Origin: Candidatus Eiseniibacteriota bacterium
GTDB taxonomy: Bacteria > Eisenbacteria > RBG-16-71-46 > JABDJR01
Direction of reading: 5' to 3'
DNA: 64,000 nucleotides
Assembly (NCBI GenBank): GCA_963783375.1
Contig: CAWANH010000029.1
Span: 868,981 to 932,980 of the forward strand
Shown: piece by piece, positions 17,360 through 27,335 of the stretch
How positions within the stretch are numbered: the first letter of the stretch is position 1
Layout of the letters: every line of letters starts with the position of its first letter
Translations under genes and position numbers: made by a program
The notes under the pieces: model-generated
The model's database searches: none
Told to the model about the DNA's origin: nothing
Seen by the model: the letters and a program-made list of their open reading frames with translations, nothing else

Positions 17360-19222
17360 TCAGTCGGTCTCCTGAACCCGCACCACCAGCGAGTCGTCCA
17401 CTCCGAAGTAGGCGGAAAGAATGCGCTGGGCCACCGGCGCGGCCACCGAACCTCCGTGGCCCCGGTTCTCCAGGACCACCGCCACCGCCACCTGGGGATC
17501 GTCGGCGGGAGCATAGGCGAGGAAGAGGGCATGGTCGAAACCGGGGTTCTGGGCCGTCCCCGTCTTCCCGGCCACGGTCTCCCCGGGAACGGCGGCGCTT
17601 CGCGCGGTTCCCCCCTCCACCGCCGCCCTCATCCCCTTGTGGACCTCGGCCACCGCGGCGGGGTCGAGCGGGATCTCGATGTAGCTGGGCGCCAGCGCCG
17701 GCGCGGGATAGCGGCGATCGCGGCGGTCCTCGCCCAGGGCCTTCACCAGGCGCGGCCGGGGGCGCCGCCCCCCGGTGGCCATGACCGCGATGTACTCGGC
17801 CAGCTCTATCGGCGTGGCCAGGACCTCCCCCTGCCCGATGATCAGGTTCAGGGCCACCCCGTGACTCCAGCCGCGCGTCCCGTAACGCCGGTCGAAATAC
17901 CGCGTGTCCGGGATCAGACCGGTGCGTTCGCCGGGGAGGTCGACTCCGGTGAGGTCGGCAAAGTGGAAGAGCTCCCCGTAGCGGGCGATCCCGTTCACCC
18001 CCAGACTCACCGCGAGCTGGTAGAAGTACACGTCGCAGGACTGGGCCATGGCCTCGACGTCGGTCAGGGCCCCGTGCCCCGCCCGCTTCCAGCACCGGAA
18101 GGTCCGGTTCCCGAAGCGGAACCCCCCGAAGCAGGGGCTCAGTTTCTGCCCCGGTTGGATGATCCCCTCGGCCAGGGCCGCGTACAGGGACAGGGGTTTG
18201 AACACCGAGCCCGGCGGGTACACCGACTGGACGGCGCGATTCAGGAGCGGGGCGCTGGGACGATTCAGGGCGTCCCAGGTCTCCTGGCTCAACGCTCCGG
18301 AAAACGTGTTGGGGTCGAACCCCGGGCGACTGGCCATGACCAGGACGTCCCCGTTCCGGACGTCCATGAGGACCGCCGCCCCCCGGACCTCGGGGGGATC
18401 GCCCCTCCCGTCGTAGCCCGCCCGATCCAGCGCGTTCTCGGCCACCCGCTGAATCTTGGAGTCCAGGGCGAGGGTCACGTCCCGACCGGGCTTGGGGGGG
18501 ATGGGCTGGGTGCTCAGGAACGCATCGCTCCGGCGCCCGGAGGCGTTCACCTCCACGTAGCGAATCCCGTCCTCGCCCCGGAGCTGGCTCTCGTACTCCT
18601 TCTCGATGCCGGTCTGCCCGATCAACGAGCCCGGCCGGTATTCCTGCCCCTGAAGGGTCTCCAGCTGCTTGTCCCCCACCTCGCCGGTGTATCCCAGAAC
18701 GTGGGCGGCCAGGGAGTCGGCGGGGTAGTACCGGATCGCCTCCACCTCCACCGAGACCCCGGGAAGTTCAGCCCGGTGCTCCTCGACCCGTGCCACCTGG
18801 GTCGTGTCGGCGCTTCGCACCAGCCGGACCGGGTTGTAGCTCGATACTCGCTCCCGCTTCACCACCTGCCGGTAGTGATCCGGGTCTTCCCCCACCAGAT
18901 CGGCCAGGCGGACCAGGGTGGAGTCGAGGCGGCCGGCATGATGGACGAACCCCTTGAAGTGGGGGTCGAAGGTGATGATGAACGAGGGGATCATGTCGGC
19001 CAGGACGACCCCGTTCCGATCGAGAATACGCCCTCTCGGGCCCGGCACGAACTCAGGCCGCCGCCAGTTCCGGAGCGAGAGGTCCCGGCTCTCCTGGGAT
19101 GAGAGCACCTGGAGCGAGGCGAGCCGGGCCAACAGCACCAGCATCACGGCCAGACCCACCAGGCGCAGGACCAGGGCCCGCTCCCGGCGGTCAGCCCCGC
19201 CTGACGAGTATCTTCCTCTCAT
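17360..19222 (-). CDS. mrdA: penicillin-binding protein 2 (peptidoglycan D,D-transpeptidase MrdA)
   Basis: Protein of 620 aa with an N-terminal TM anchor. The transpeptidase motifs STFK-like (SVFKP), SxN and KTG(T) are present (VAGKTGTAQ). It lies in the mreBCD-mrdA-rodA order. Confidence 0.9.
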   Translation of the reverse strand: MRGRYSSGGADRRERALVLRLVGLAVMLVLLARLASLQVLSSQESRDLSLRNWRRPEFVPGPRGRILDRNGVVLADMIPSFIITFDPHFKGFVHHAGRLDSTLVRLADLVGEDPDHYRQVVKRERVSSYNPVRLVRSADTTQVARVEEHRAELPGVSVEVEAIRYYPADSLAAHVLGYTGEVGDKQLETLQGQEYRPGSLIGQTGIEKEYESQLRGEDGIRYVEVNASGRRSDAFLSTQPIPPKPGRDVTLALDSKIQRVAENALDRAGYDGRGDPPEVRGAAVLMDVRNGDVLVMASRPGFDPNTFSGALSQETWDALNRPSAPLLNRAVQSVYPPGSVFKPLSLYAALAEGIIQPGQKLSPCFGGFRFGNRTFRCWKRAGHGALTDVEAMAQSCDVYFYQLAVSLGVNGIARYGELFHFADLTGVDLPGERTGLIPDTRYFDRRYGTRGWSHGVALNLIIGQGEVLATPIELAEYIAVMATGGRRPRPRLVKALGEDRRDRRYPAPALAPSYIEIPLDPAAVAEVHKGMRAAVEGGTARSAAVPGETVAGKTGTAQNPGFDHALFLAYAPADDPQVAVAVVLENRGHGGSVAAPVAQRILSAYFGVDDSLVVRVQETD

Positions 19223-19697
19223 GAAATTTCAATTGCCGGTGGGAAAACCGCTGCACCTCATGGAGCGCGGCGGGCACGAGCGCCGCGGTGAGCATCGAGG
19301 AGGGCAGGGTCACACGCGCCATGTAGGAGATCAGCCCGTCGATATCGCCTCCCCTCAGAAGAAGGTACACCAAAAGCCCCTGGCCGAGTCCAGCTACCAG
19401 GATCGCCAGGCCCTGGGTGAGTCCCGACTCGCGGTAGACGCTCCGTCCCAGGGAACCGACCGCCCATCCCACCAGGGCCAGGGAGAGCGCGCTCACCCCG
19501 ATCGGCGTCCCGTAGACCAGGTCGCGGAACGCGCCGAGAAGAAAGCCGGCGACCGCCCCCACCGGCGGGCGCCGGGCCAGGGCCAGGATGACCGTCATCC
19601 CGAGGAGAAAGTCGGGTTGGATGGTGAAGCGGCCGAAGAGCGCCAGCCGGAGCCCCTCCAGCGCCAGGGCCAGGGCGAGGACCACCAGGAAGGTCAA
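19191..19697 (-). CDS. mreD: rod shape-determining protein MreD
   Basis: Hydrophobic protein of 168 aa between mreC and mrdA, with typical MreD size and position. Confidence 0.8.
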   Translation of the reverse strand: MTFLVVLALALALEGLRLALFGRFTIQPDFLLGMTVILALARRPPVGAVAGFLLGAFRDLVYGTPIGVSALSLALVGWAVGSLGRSVYRESGLTQGLAILVAGLGQGLLVYLLLRGGDIDGLISYMARVTLPSSMLTAALVPAALHEVQRFSHRQLKFHERKILVRRG

Positions 19698-20587
19698 CCT
19701 CCGACCTCCGCCGAGTCCATCGGGGCCTCGCCGGGGAATTCCCCGGGCAGGAAGGGAGTCCCGGTCCCGGGTTGGGGGATGAGCACGAAGGTCTCCTCCA
19801 GGCGAAAGAACGACGCGAAGGGATCGAGCCGGATGTCCTTCAGGAGCCGCTCCGGCGAGTCCCGGACCTCGGCCACCCTTCCCACCGGAAGGCCGGCGGG
19901 GAACACCCCCCCCAGGCCGCTCGAGATTAGGGTGTCCCCCACCGCCACGTCGGACTGAAGGGGGGCCTTGGAGACGCGCAGCCTACCCTCCCCGGGGTCC
20001 CACTCCACGATTCCCAGGACCCGGCTCCGGGTGTCGCGGACCGAGACCGGGCTGTTCTCGTTCCGGAGGAGACGGATACGGGAGGTCCGGGACGACACCC
20101 TTTCGACCACCCCCACCAGTCCCTCCACCGACACCACCGCCTCGCCGGGAGCGACTCCCTGACGCGAGCCCACGTTGATCCAGGCCATCCCCCGGATCGG
20201 ATCGCGGTCGAGACCCACCACGCGGGCGGGAACCGTCCGATACCGGATGGGGGGCTCGTAGCCGAGCATGGCCCGGAGCCGGGTGTTCTCGCGCTCCGCC
20301 TCGCGGAGGCGGGCCAGTTCGAGCTCCAGCTCCATGACCCGCTTGGATGGACCGCGCGACCGGGTGAACAGGCGGCCGATCTTCAGCGGCTGGGACACCA
20401 CGGTCAGGATGCCGCCGGCGACCGCGTCCACCATCGGCACCAGGACCGGGGGACGCCGAAGCACGGAGACCGAGGTTCCGGCGACCAGGAGCGCCGCGGC
20501 CACCAGCACCACCACCAGGGCGCGGCGGCGGTCGAAGAAGGCCACCACCCGCTGGACCGCCTCGAAGATGATGCTCAGGAAAGGCAT
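19694..20587 (-). CDS. mreC: rod shape-determining protein MreC
   Basis: N-terminal TM segment; the coiled-coil (ELELELARLREAERENTRLRAML) and beta-rich C-terminus are typical of MreC. The gene is directly downstream of mreB. Confidence 0.85.
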   Translation of the reverse strand: MPFLSIIFEAVQRVVAFFDRRRALVVVLVAAALLVAGTSVSVLRRPPVLVPMVDAVAGGILTVVSQPLKIGRLFTRSRGPSKRVMELELELARLREAERENTRLRAMLGYEPPIRYRTVPARVVGLDRDPIRGMAWINVGSRQGVAPGEAVVSVEGLVGVVERVSSRTSRIRLLRNENSPVSVRDTRSRVLGIVEWDPGEGRLRVSKAPLQSDVAVGDTLISSGLGGVFPAGLPVGRVAEVRDSPERLLKDIRLDPFASFFRLEETFVLIPQPGTGTPFLPGEFPGEAPMDSAEVGG

Positions 20588-20611
20588 GGCGGGGGTCCGG
20601 GCTCGGGGGTC

Positions 20612-21646
20612 CTAATCACGGAACGACTTCATCAAGACCTTTTCGTAGAGTTCCAGGTTCTCCAGCACCTTACCGGTGCCCAGGACCACGCAGAGGAGGG
20701 CTTCATCGGCCACCGTGATCGGCAGGTTGGTGGCTTCGCGCAGGAGGACGTCGAGGCCCCGGAGGAGGCTGCCGCCCCCGGTCATGAGGATCCCCCGGTC
20801 CACGATATCCGCGGCCAGCTCCGGCGGCGTCTGCTCCAGGGACGTGCGGAGCGCCTCCACGATCTGGCTGATCGGCTCCTGGAGGGCCTCCCGGATCTCG
20901 GTGGAAGTGACCTTGATCGTCTTGGGGATGCCTCCGATCAGATCCCGCCCCTTGATCTCCATCTCCTCCTCCTGCTCCAGGGGGAAGGCGGATCCGATGC
21001 GGATCTTGATCTGCTCCGCGGTCTGGTCGCCGATCAGGAGGTTATAGGCGCGCTTGACGTACTGGACGATGGCCTCGTCCATCTTGTCCCCGCCCACCCG
21101 GACCGACGTGTCGTGGACGATGCCGTTCAGGGTCATCACCGCGATCTCGGTGGTTCCCCCCCCGATGTCGATGACCATGTTCCCGCAGGGCTTGTCCACC
21201 GGCAGACCGACCCCGATGGCCGCGGCGATGGGCTCGGCCACCAGGAGGACTTCCCGGGCCCCCGCGGCCTCGGCCGAGTCGCGCACCGCGCGCTTCTCCA
21301 CCTCGGTGATGCCGGAAGGGACGGCCACGATCACCCGCGGCCGGACCAGGAATTTCCGCTTCTGCACCCGCTGGATGAACTCCCGGATCATGTCCTCGGT
21401 CTTTTCGAAGTCGCTGATCACTCCGTTCTGGAGCGGGCGCACCGCGATGATCTCCTCGGGGGTGCGACCGAGCATGTCCTTGGCATCCTTGCCCACGGCC
21501 AGCACCTTGCCGGTGCCCCGGTCCACCGCCACCACCGAGGGCTCGTTCAGCACGATTCCCTTGCCCTTGACGTACACCAGGGTGTTGGCCGTGCCCAAAT
21601 CGATGGCCACATCGGTGGTGAAGAGGCTCATCACCCGATCGAACAT
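20612..21646 (-). CDS. mreB: rod shape-determining protein MreB (actin homolog)
   Basis: Start at 21646 gives MFDRVMSLFTTDVAIDLGTANTLVYVKGKGIVLNEPSVVAV... (344 aa). This is the canonical MreB. Track ORF 20612..22708 has a spurious N-terminal extension. Confidence 0.95.
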   Translation of the reverse strand: MFDRVMSLFTTDVAIDLGTANTLVYVKGKGIVLNEPSVVAVDRGTGKVLAVGKDAKDMLGRTPEEIIAVRPLQNGVISDFEKTEDMIREFIQRVQKRKFLVRPRVIVAVPSGITEVEKRAVRDSAEAAGAREVLLVAEPIAAAIGVGLPVDKPCGNMVIDIGGGTTEIAVMTLNGIVHDTSVRVGGDKMDEAIVQYVKRAYNLLIGDQTAEQIKIRIGSAFPLEQEEEMEIKGRDLIGGIPKTIKVTSTEIREALQEPISQIVEALRTSLEQTPPELAADIVDRGILMTGGGSLLRGLDVLLREATNLPITVADEALLCVVLGTGKVLENLELYEKVLMKSFRD

Positions 21647-21942
21647 GCCGTGTCGTGTCCTTTCAAATGACCTGGAAGGAGGGAGCCGGAGGCCTGTGGG
21701 GTGCCCTCCCCGCCTCCGGTGGCCCCCCGCGTGGAGCCGCAGGGACGCTAGCAAAGGGCTCGCCAAAGCCACAAGGGGGAAAGCGTTCCGGCGCCCGATC
21801 GGCGGAGCGAGTGAGGCCGGCGCCGCCCCCCCACCGGCGCCGGAGCCCCGGTGGGATATGAGAACGGGGGCCGCGCCTTCCGGCCCGGCCCCCGGTTCGA
21901 GGCGCCCGGGGCGGGGGATCTCCCCCCGCCTCCGGAACGGGA

Positions 21943-23130
21943 TCAGAAGTAGTAGGTCCCGGTGATCGAGGTGAGGGGATAGGCGCTCTTCCCGCTGAAG
22001 AGGTAGCCGCCGGTGAACACCGCGTCCGGGTTCACGGTGGCGTCCACGTCGAAGTGCTCGAAATGGAGTCCCATCCCGAACCCGAAGAAGTATCGGGAGG
22101 ACAGGGTGTCCCGGTCCGGAACGTTGTCGCCGGGAGCGTTCACCTTGGAGATGTCCACCGTCTTGGTGGCCCCGACCCGGCCGGTCAGCCAGGGATAGAC
22201 GTCGAACTCCAGGGCGATGAACATGGCCGGGAGGTCCCAGCGGGAGAACTCCGCGCTCATCTCGGCCCCGGTGTAGGTCTTCCGCTTCAGGTAGTTGGCC
22301 GCCAACCCCATGATGAGGAGATCGTTGCCGTTCACCTCGTGCTGGAGGGCGGCGCCCACGTTCAGACGGTTGCTGTAGGTGTCGTCCGCGTCCCCCTGGG
22401 CGGTGGCGTCGAGATGCTGGTAGATCACCACCGGGACCAGCATGTTCCCCTTGCTCATCTGGTTCATCATGCGGGCGCTCAGGCGGTAGGACAGGTTCCC
22501 CGCGTCCTCGGTGATGACGTCTCCGGCGGAGTTGGTCAGCATCCAGGTGATGGAGGTCAGGTCCACGGCCAGTTCGACGTTGTCGGTGGTGCCCACGTCG
22601 AACTTGAGCCCTCCGGTCACGGAGAGGGAGTTCGTTCCGCCCCCGGTGATCCCGCGGGTGAGCGGTTTCGACTCCGCATCGCCCTGCTTCACCGAGCTGT
22701 CCGTCCAACGCAGGGAGAGTCCGGTGGTCACCTTGCTGAAGTTCTTGGCCCAGGTGAGGTCGATGTCGCTCATCTCCGAGGGGATGGCGTTGTCCTGCTC
22801 GTCCCGGACGAAGAACCGGTCGTAGGTGGCGGCCTGGTTCAGGTAGACCGCAAAGACCCCGTAGGAGGTGTTGTCCCCGGCCCCGATCACCCCGACCGAG
22901 TGGTTCCCGAAGGTCTGTCCGCTGTTGGCGTCCGCGCTACCGAGCGATGCGGTCACCAGGTTCTGGTACCGTGCCGCCACCGTGGGGAAGACGCGGAAGT
23001 TGAAGTAGTCCTCCACGTACTCGCGCTGGATTCCCAGGGCGTCGAGACGGGCGTCGGACGCGAAGGAAACGCCGGCGGGGAGGACGAAGGCGAGAATCAG
23101 AAACGGCATGAGCCAACGGAACGATCTCAT
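21943..23130 (-). CDS. outer membrane beta-barrel protein (putative porin)
   Basis: Start at 23130 gives MRSFRWLMPFLILAFVLPAGVSFA|SD (signal peptide). The sequence is Gly/Ser/Thr-rich with an amphipathic beta pattern. The C-terminus is ...TGTYYF, the aromatic terminal residue typical of OMPs. Confidence 0.7.
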   Translation of the reverse strand: MRSFRWLMPFLILAFVLPAGVSFASDARLDALGIQREYVEDYFNFRVFPTVAARYQNLVTASLGSADANSGQTFGNHSVGVIGAGDNTSYGVFAVYLNQAATYDRFFVRDEQDNAIPSEMSDIDLTWAKNFSKVTTGLSLRWTDSSVKQGDAESKPLTRGITGGGTNSLSVTGGLKFDVGTTDNVELAVDLTSITWMLTNSAGDVITEDAGNLSYRLSARMMNQMSKGNMLVPVVIYQHLDATAQGDADDTYSNRLNVGAALQHEVNGNDLLIMGLAANYLKRKTYTGAEMSAEFSRWDLPAMFIALEFDVYPWLTGRVGATKTVDISKVNAPGDNVPDRDTLSSRYFFGFGMGLHFEHFDVDATVNPDAVFTGGYLFSGKSAYPLTSITGTYYF

Positions 23131-23290
23131 GTGTGCCCCCTTGTCAGATCCGTGACTTGCGCGGCCGTGCCGGCGGGTCGCGCGTTCCGCCGCTTCCCGA
23201 GGGAACCGGGTCTCACTGCGCTCGTGGATCACCGGGGCCGCTGATCCGGGGCAAATTACGACAGGCCAATGGGTTTGTCAATCCGCGGGA

Positions 23291-24136
23291 TCACTGGAGA
23301 AGCACCGGTCCGGCCCCCCGGAACTGGACGAACAGCGCCCGGTCGAAGTCGGGTTCCTCGGACCGGAGCGAGTTCACCCGGACCCGCCCCCGCGCGTGGA
23401 TGAACCGCCCGTCCGGCAGACCGATCCCCACATGGGAGACCTTGGGGTCCGACTCGCCGAAGAACACGAGATGGCCGAGCTGGATCTCGCGCGGATCCCG
23501 GTAGATGTAGGTCTCTCGCTTGAGCCAACGGAACTGGTCCCGGGCATCGCGGGGGAGCTGAACCCCGTGAAGTCCGAAGACGGTCTGCACGAAGCCGGAG
23601 CAATCCAGCCCCTTGGCGGTGACTCCCCCCCACTGGTACGGCACTCCCAGGAACCGGTGGGCGGTCTTCACCAGGGAGGGAATGTCCCGGGGACGCTGGC
23701 GGGGACGAAGGGTGGTCCGGTCGAGGAGAAGGTCGTTGGCGTGGAGATAGCCCTCGGTCTCGTCGGGAAGAAGAACCCGGATCCATTTCCCGGATCGGCC
23801 CAGACGCCGCATCCGGGCTCCCAACGGGGCTTCGCGGAGCGCCAGGCTCCGCCGGGTCGCTTGCTCCCGCACCCGGGCGATCATCGAATCGACTTCCACC
23901 AGGGGACCGTTCCGATACGCGGCGAGTTCCTCCCGGCTCACCGGCTGGGCCGACCAGGATCGCATCCATCCCCGGTAGCCGTCCGGAGTCATCACCTTCA
24001 GCCAGAGCCCCCCGTTCCGGCGGGCCACGACCTCGAGCGGGGTGCCCAGAACCGCCTGGGAGATCTGCTCGGAGGCATGGTCGGGCGTGCGGCGCATCTC
24101 CCCCAACCCCTCGTTCACGATGACGTAGCCTTTCAT
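23291..24136 (-). CDS. NlpC/P60 family peptidoglycan endopeptidase with N-terminal SH3-like domains
   Basis: The C-terminal catalytic region GVPYQWGGVTAKGLDCSGFVQTVFGLHG...SHVGIGL has the Cys-His core of C40 peptidases. A GAGGAG RBS lies upstream. Confidence 0.85.
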   Translation of the reverse strand: MKGYVIVNEGLGEMRRTPDHASEQISQAVLGTPLEVVARRNGGLWLKVMTPDGYRGWMRSWSAQPVSREELAAYRNGPLVEVDSMIARVREQATRRSLALREAPLGARMRRLGRSGKWIRVLLPDETEGYLHANDLLLDRTTLRPRQRPRDIPSLVKTAHRFLGVPYQWGGVTAKGLDCSGFVQTVFGLHGVQLPRDARDQFRWLKRETYIYRDPREIQLGHLVFFGESDPKVSHVGIGLPDGRFIHARGRVRVNSLRSEEPDFDRALFVQFRGAGPVLLQ

Positions 24137-24149
24137 CGAAGCTCCTCGC

Positions 24150-25423
24150 TCAGTTCCGGCCCGATCCCACCATCCGGTATCGGCCGAACCCGTCCGGGTC
24201 CTGGAAGACGTAGGTGGCGCTCCGTGAGTAGTAATACCAGATTTCAGTCGGCGGCCCCGATATTCCGTTGACCGTGCGCTCGATCCGATCGGGGGCCCCG
24301 AACCTGATGTAGGTCCGGCCCATGTCGGAGCGCCACCCCGGCTCCAGGACCCCGAAGTGCTGTTCGGCGTACTCCACCCGGTTCATGAACTTCACCAGGG
24401 CCTCGTTCGCGGCAGTCCGGGGGGCGGGATCGCGCCGGTTCCAGAACCGGGTCCAGAGCACGGCCAGCGAGTCATCGGGGGCGTCCTCCAACTCGCGAAG
24501 CTCGGCGTTGGTGGCCACGTAGCCGAGGACGGTGCGGAGCATTCGGGGGTCCTCGAGAGCGATCCGGGTCTCGTCCACCTGGAACGTGCCCTCGGAGCGG
24601 GCGCGCTCCCCCCCAGGCTCGCCTCGACCTCGAGCCGGTAGCTTCCCCGGTCGAGTCCGGCCAGGGACGGCTCCACCAGGATGAACCCGCGTCCGTTCCG
24701 CCGCGGGGCGGAACCGGTCGAGTCGGCGCGCGTCCGCCCCATCCCGTCCCGGACCGACCAGCGGACGGCGTAGGCGCTGTCGGCCACGCCGGGAATCCCG
24801 TCCCGGACCCAGGCCCCTACACAGAGGCCGGCGGTGTCGTCCCCATAGCGGGCGAACGGTCGCGGGAGAACCGGCCCCACCGAGCCCGCCCGGCGGCCGC
24901 CGCCGGTGTCGCCGGCGCACTCGCCGAAGATCAGATCGGAGACGGCAAGCGGCGTCCCCCGGTAGTCCGGAACGCGGATGGGGAGATCGGCTTCCCCCCG
25001 GCGGTCGCTTCCCGGTTGATCCACCTCGACATGAAGATCGGCCCGCCCCGGCGGAAGCCTCAACTCCAGATGATCCAGGTAGGCGCCGCCCCCACCGGCC
25101 GCCCGCACCGCGGCGTCGCGAGCGTAGCTCCTCGTCCACTTCCGGGTGATCGTGCTTCCCCCCTCAGCGGCGGTGGCGATGACCAGGACGTGGAGAGTGG
25201 ACGAATCGGCCTCCACGGAACCGGAGGTCGACGCCAGCCCGGCGAGGGGAAAGGCAAGCTCGAGGCGGGTCACCGGGCTCCCCGCGGAGTCGGGATAGGA
25301 AATCGTCCGGGTGAGGAAAGGGAGATTTCCCCGGACCTTGGCTTCGGCGGCGGGAGCGGTCGAAGCCCAACCCAGGATCCCGAGCAGGATCATCGAGGCT
25401 CCGGCCGCCGGGATCCGACTCAT
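24150..25423 (-). pseudogene. GWxTD domain-containing secreted protein, disrupted by a 1-nt frameshift at a C7/G7 homopolymer (24608..24614); probably an assembly error rather than a true pseudogene
   Basis: The N-terminal part (frame of track ORF 24392..26380, starting ATG 25423) is MSRIPAAGASMILLGILGWASTAPAAEA..., with a signal peptide and an ATGA overlap with the moaA stop. The C-terminal part (frame of track ORF 24150..25139) is ...EGTFQVDETRIALEDPRMLRTVLGYVATNAELRELEDAPDDSLAVLWTRFWNRRDP...EPGWRSDMGRTYIRFGAPD (GWxTD motif). The two frames join exactly at the run CTGGGGGGGAGC. Adding one G restores a single ORF of about 425 aa. Confidence 0.75.
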
Positions 25424-26442
25424 CCCCCGATGCGGTACATGCCGCGGCCATCGACCGGGCCGACCGCGCTCCCCTCCCGGATCTGGCCATGGTAGGGGTG
25501 CTCTTCCGGTTTCTCGCGCACCGCCCGCCGGAACATGGCGGCCAGGTCGGCATCGTCGGCCCCCGCCCGCAGGGCTTCGCGGAAGTCCATCTCGTTCTCG
25601 TTCAGGAGACACCCGCGGAGCTTGCCTTCGGAAGTGAGCCGCACCCGATTGCACCGGGCGCAGAAGTCGCGGTCGGAGATCGGGGAGATGAAGGAGATCC
25701 GTCCCCGCCAACCGTCCCCGGTGAAGGTGCGGGCCGGCCCGCCGTTCGGTGGGGGATCCAGCCCGACGAGCGGATAGCGCGCCTCGATTCGTCCCTTGAG
25801 CTCCGCGGTGGGGAGCACCCGGTCGAGGCTCCACCCGTTCTCCGCGAAGGGCATGAACTCGATGAACCGGATGTCCACCTCCCGGGTCCGGGCCATCTCC
25901 ACGAAGTCGAAGGCCTCGTCCTCGGTGGATCCCTTGATGAGGACGGTGTTGATCTTGACCGGGCGGAGGCCGGCCTCGATCGCCGCTTCGATCCCCTCCC
26001 GCACCTGAACCAGCCGGTCGTAGCCGGTGATCGCGGTGAAGCGCTCGCGGACCAGGGTGTCGAGGCTCACGTTCACCCGGTCGAGCCCGGCCGCGGCCAG
26101 GTCGCGGGCGTGCCGGGCGAGGAGGACGGCATTGGTGGTCATGACCAGCTCGTGAAGCCTCGGGCCGCCGTTGTCGACCCGCTTCCGCCGACCCAGGAGC
26201 GTAACCAGATCGAGGAGATCCTTCCGCACCATGGGCTCCCCGCCGGTGAGCCGCACCTTCCGCCAACCCAGGGAGACCGCCGCTCCCACCAGCCGGTCGA
26301 TCTCCTCGAAGCTCAACACGTCCTCCCGCTCCACGTGGACGGGGTGTTCGGGCATGCAGTAGGAGCACTTGAGATTGCACCGGTCGGTGACCGAGATGCG
26401 GAGATACGTGATCTCCCGACCGAAGGGGTCAACCAGGGGCAT
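25420..26442 (-). CDS. moaA: GTP 3',8-cyclase (molybdenum cofactor biosynthesis protein A, radical SAM)
   Basis: Start at 26442 gives MPLVDPFGREITYLRISVTDRCNLKCSYCMP... (CxxxCxxC), 340 aa. The C-terminal MoaA-specific Cys cluster (CARCNRVRLTSEGKLRGC) is present. Confidence 0.9.
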   Translation of the reverse strand: MPLVDPFGREITYLRISVTDRCNLKCSYCMPEHPVHVEREDVLSFEEIDRLVGAAVSLGWRKVRLTGGEPMVRKDLLDLVTLLGRRKRVDNGGPRLHELVMTTNAVLLARHARDLAAAGLDRVNVSLDTLVRERFTAITGYDRLVQVREGIEAAIEAGLRPVKINTVLIKGSTEDEAFDFVEMARTREVDIRFIEFMPFAENGWSLDRVLPTAELKGRIEARYPLVGLDPPPNGGPARTFTGDGWRGRISFISPISDRDFCARCNRVRLTSEGKLRGCLLNENEMDFREALRAGADDADLAAMFRRAVREKPEEHPYHGQIREGSAVGPVDGRGMYRIGG

Positions 26443-26506
26443 CGCACTCTCCTTGCGCCCCGCAGGGCACCCGGCGGGCAAAGAAGGCGGGCGTTTCAGG
26501 AAGAGC

Positions 26507-27247
26507 TTACCGGCTCCGGGTCCGGAGGAGCAACACAAGCCCGATCGCCACCACCCCGACCGATATCCACTGGGCCATGGTGAGACCGAGGGCCACCGGC
26601 ACGTTCGTCCGCAGGTACTCCACCCCGAACCGCTCGGTCCCGGCCAGGAGCAGGTAGACCGCCATGGTGAAGCCGGGGCGGTCCTGCCACGCCTTGCGCC
26701 GGGACCACAGGAAGAAGAAGAACCCCAGAGAGAGGACCGCCTCGTAGACCTGGGTGGGATGGACCGGAATCGTGGTGGGCGGGGTGCCCTTGGGAAAGGT
26801 CATGCCCCAGGGAAGGTCGGTGGCGTGGCCGTAGTCGTCTCCGTTCAGGAAGCAGCCGATCCGACCCACCCCGTAGCCCAGGGCGATCAGGGGGGCGCCC
26901 ATGTCGGCCAGGGTGATGAGGGGAACCCCGTAGCGGCGGGCCACCAGGATGACCCCCAGCGCCCCGCCGGCGAGGCCGCCGTAGTAGGTGAGCCCCGCCC
27001 CCGAGAAGATCGATCCCAGGGGATCGGCCATGGTGGCCGAGAAGTGATCCACCAGGTAGTAGATCTTCGCTCCCGCCACCCCTCCGATCATCGCGGCCAG
27101 GACCGCGGAACCGGCGGCGTCCGGAGAGAACCCGCGGCGGGTGAACTCCTTGGTGGCCAGCCAGGCGATCAGGAGGAACGCCACCGCCAGCATGAAGCCG
27201 AAGGAATGGATGGTGACCGGCCCGATTCGGAAGAGTTGCGGCAACAT
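26507..27247 (-). CDS. lgt: prolipoprotein diacylglyceryl transferase
   Basis: Start at 27247 gives MLPQLFRIGPVTIHSFGFMLAVAFLLIAWLA.... The Lgt signature region GAPLIALGYGVGRIGCFLNGDDYG is present. The protein is 246 aa. Confidence 0.88.
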   Translation of the reverse strand: MLPQLFRIGPVTIHSFGFMLAVAFLLIAWLATKEFTRRGFSPDAAGSAVLAAMIGGVAGAKIYYLVDHFSATMADPLGSIFSGAGLTYYGGLAGGALGVILVARRYGVPLITLADMGAPLIALGYGVGRIGCFLNGDDYGHATDLPWGMTFPKGTPPTTIPVHPTQVYEAVLSLGFFFFLWSRRKAWQDRPGFTMAVYLLLAGTERFGVEYLRTNVPVALGLTMAQWISVGVVAIGLVLLLRTRSR

Positions 27248-27320
27248 GCGAAAGACGGTAGGCGGGGACGGGGGGAGTGTCAATCAGGAACCGCACTGCG
27301 GCGCGCGGGCTCCTCTCGCT

Positions 27321-27335
27321 TGGTACAATCGAGCC
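27321..27335 (+). promoter_or_regulatory. extended -10 promoter (TGGTACAAT) ending 6 nt before the ATG; leaderless transcript predicted
   Basis: TGG-TACAAT at 27321..27329 with the ATG at 27336 and no RBS between them. The same TGnTA(C/T)AAT architecture recurs at 534..542, 51980..51988 (-) and 61256..61264 (-). Confidence 0.35.

Noticed and set aside
21647-21942. GC-rich inverted repeats between mreB and the OMP gene as terminators
   Set aside because: The hairpins are imperfect and not followed by U-rich tracts on the relevant strand. This is more likely generic GC-rich secondary structure.
24392-26380. 662-aa ORF spanning moaA and the GWxTD locus
   Set aside because: Its upstream two-thirds overlap moaA in another frame. 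Only the segment from ATG 25423 to the homopolymer at about 24610 is genuine; this segment is the N-terminal part of the frameshifted GWxTD gene.
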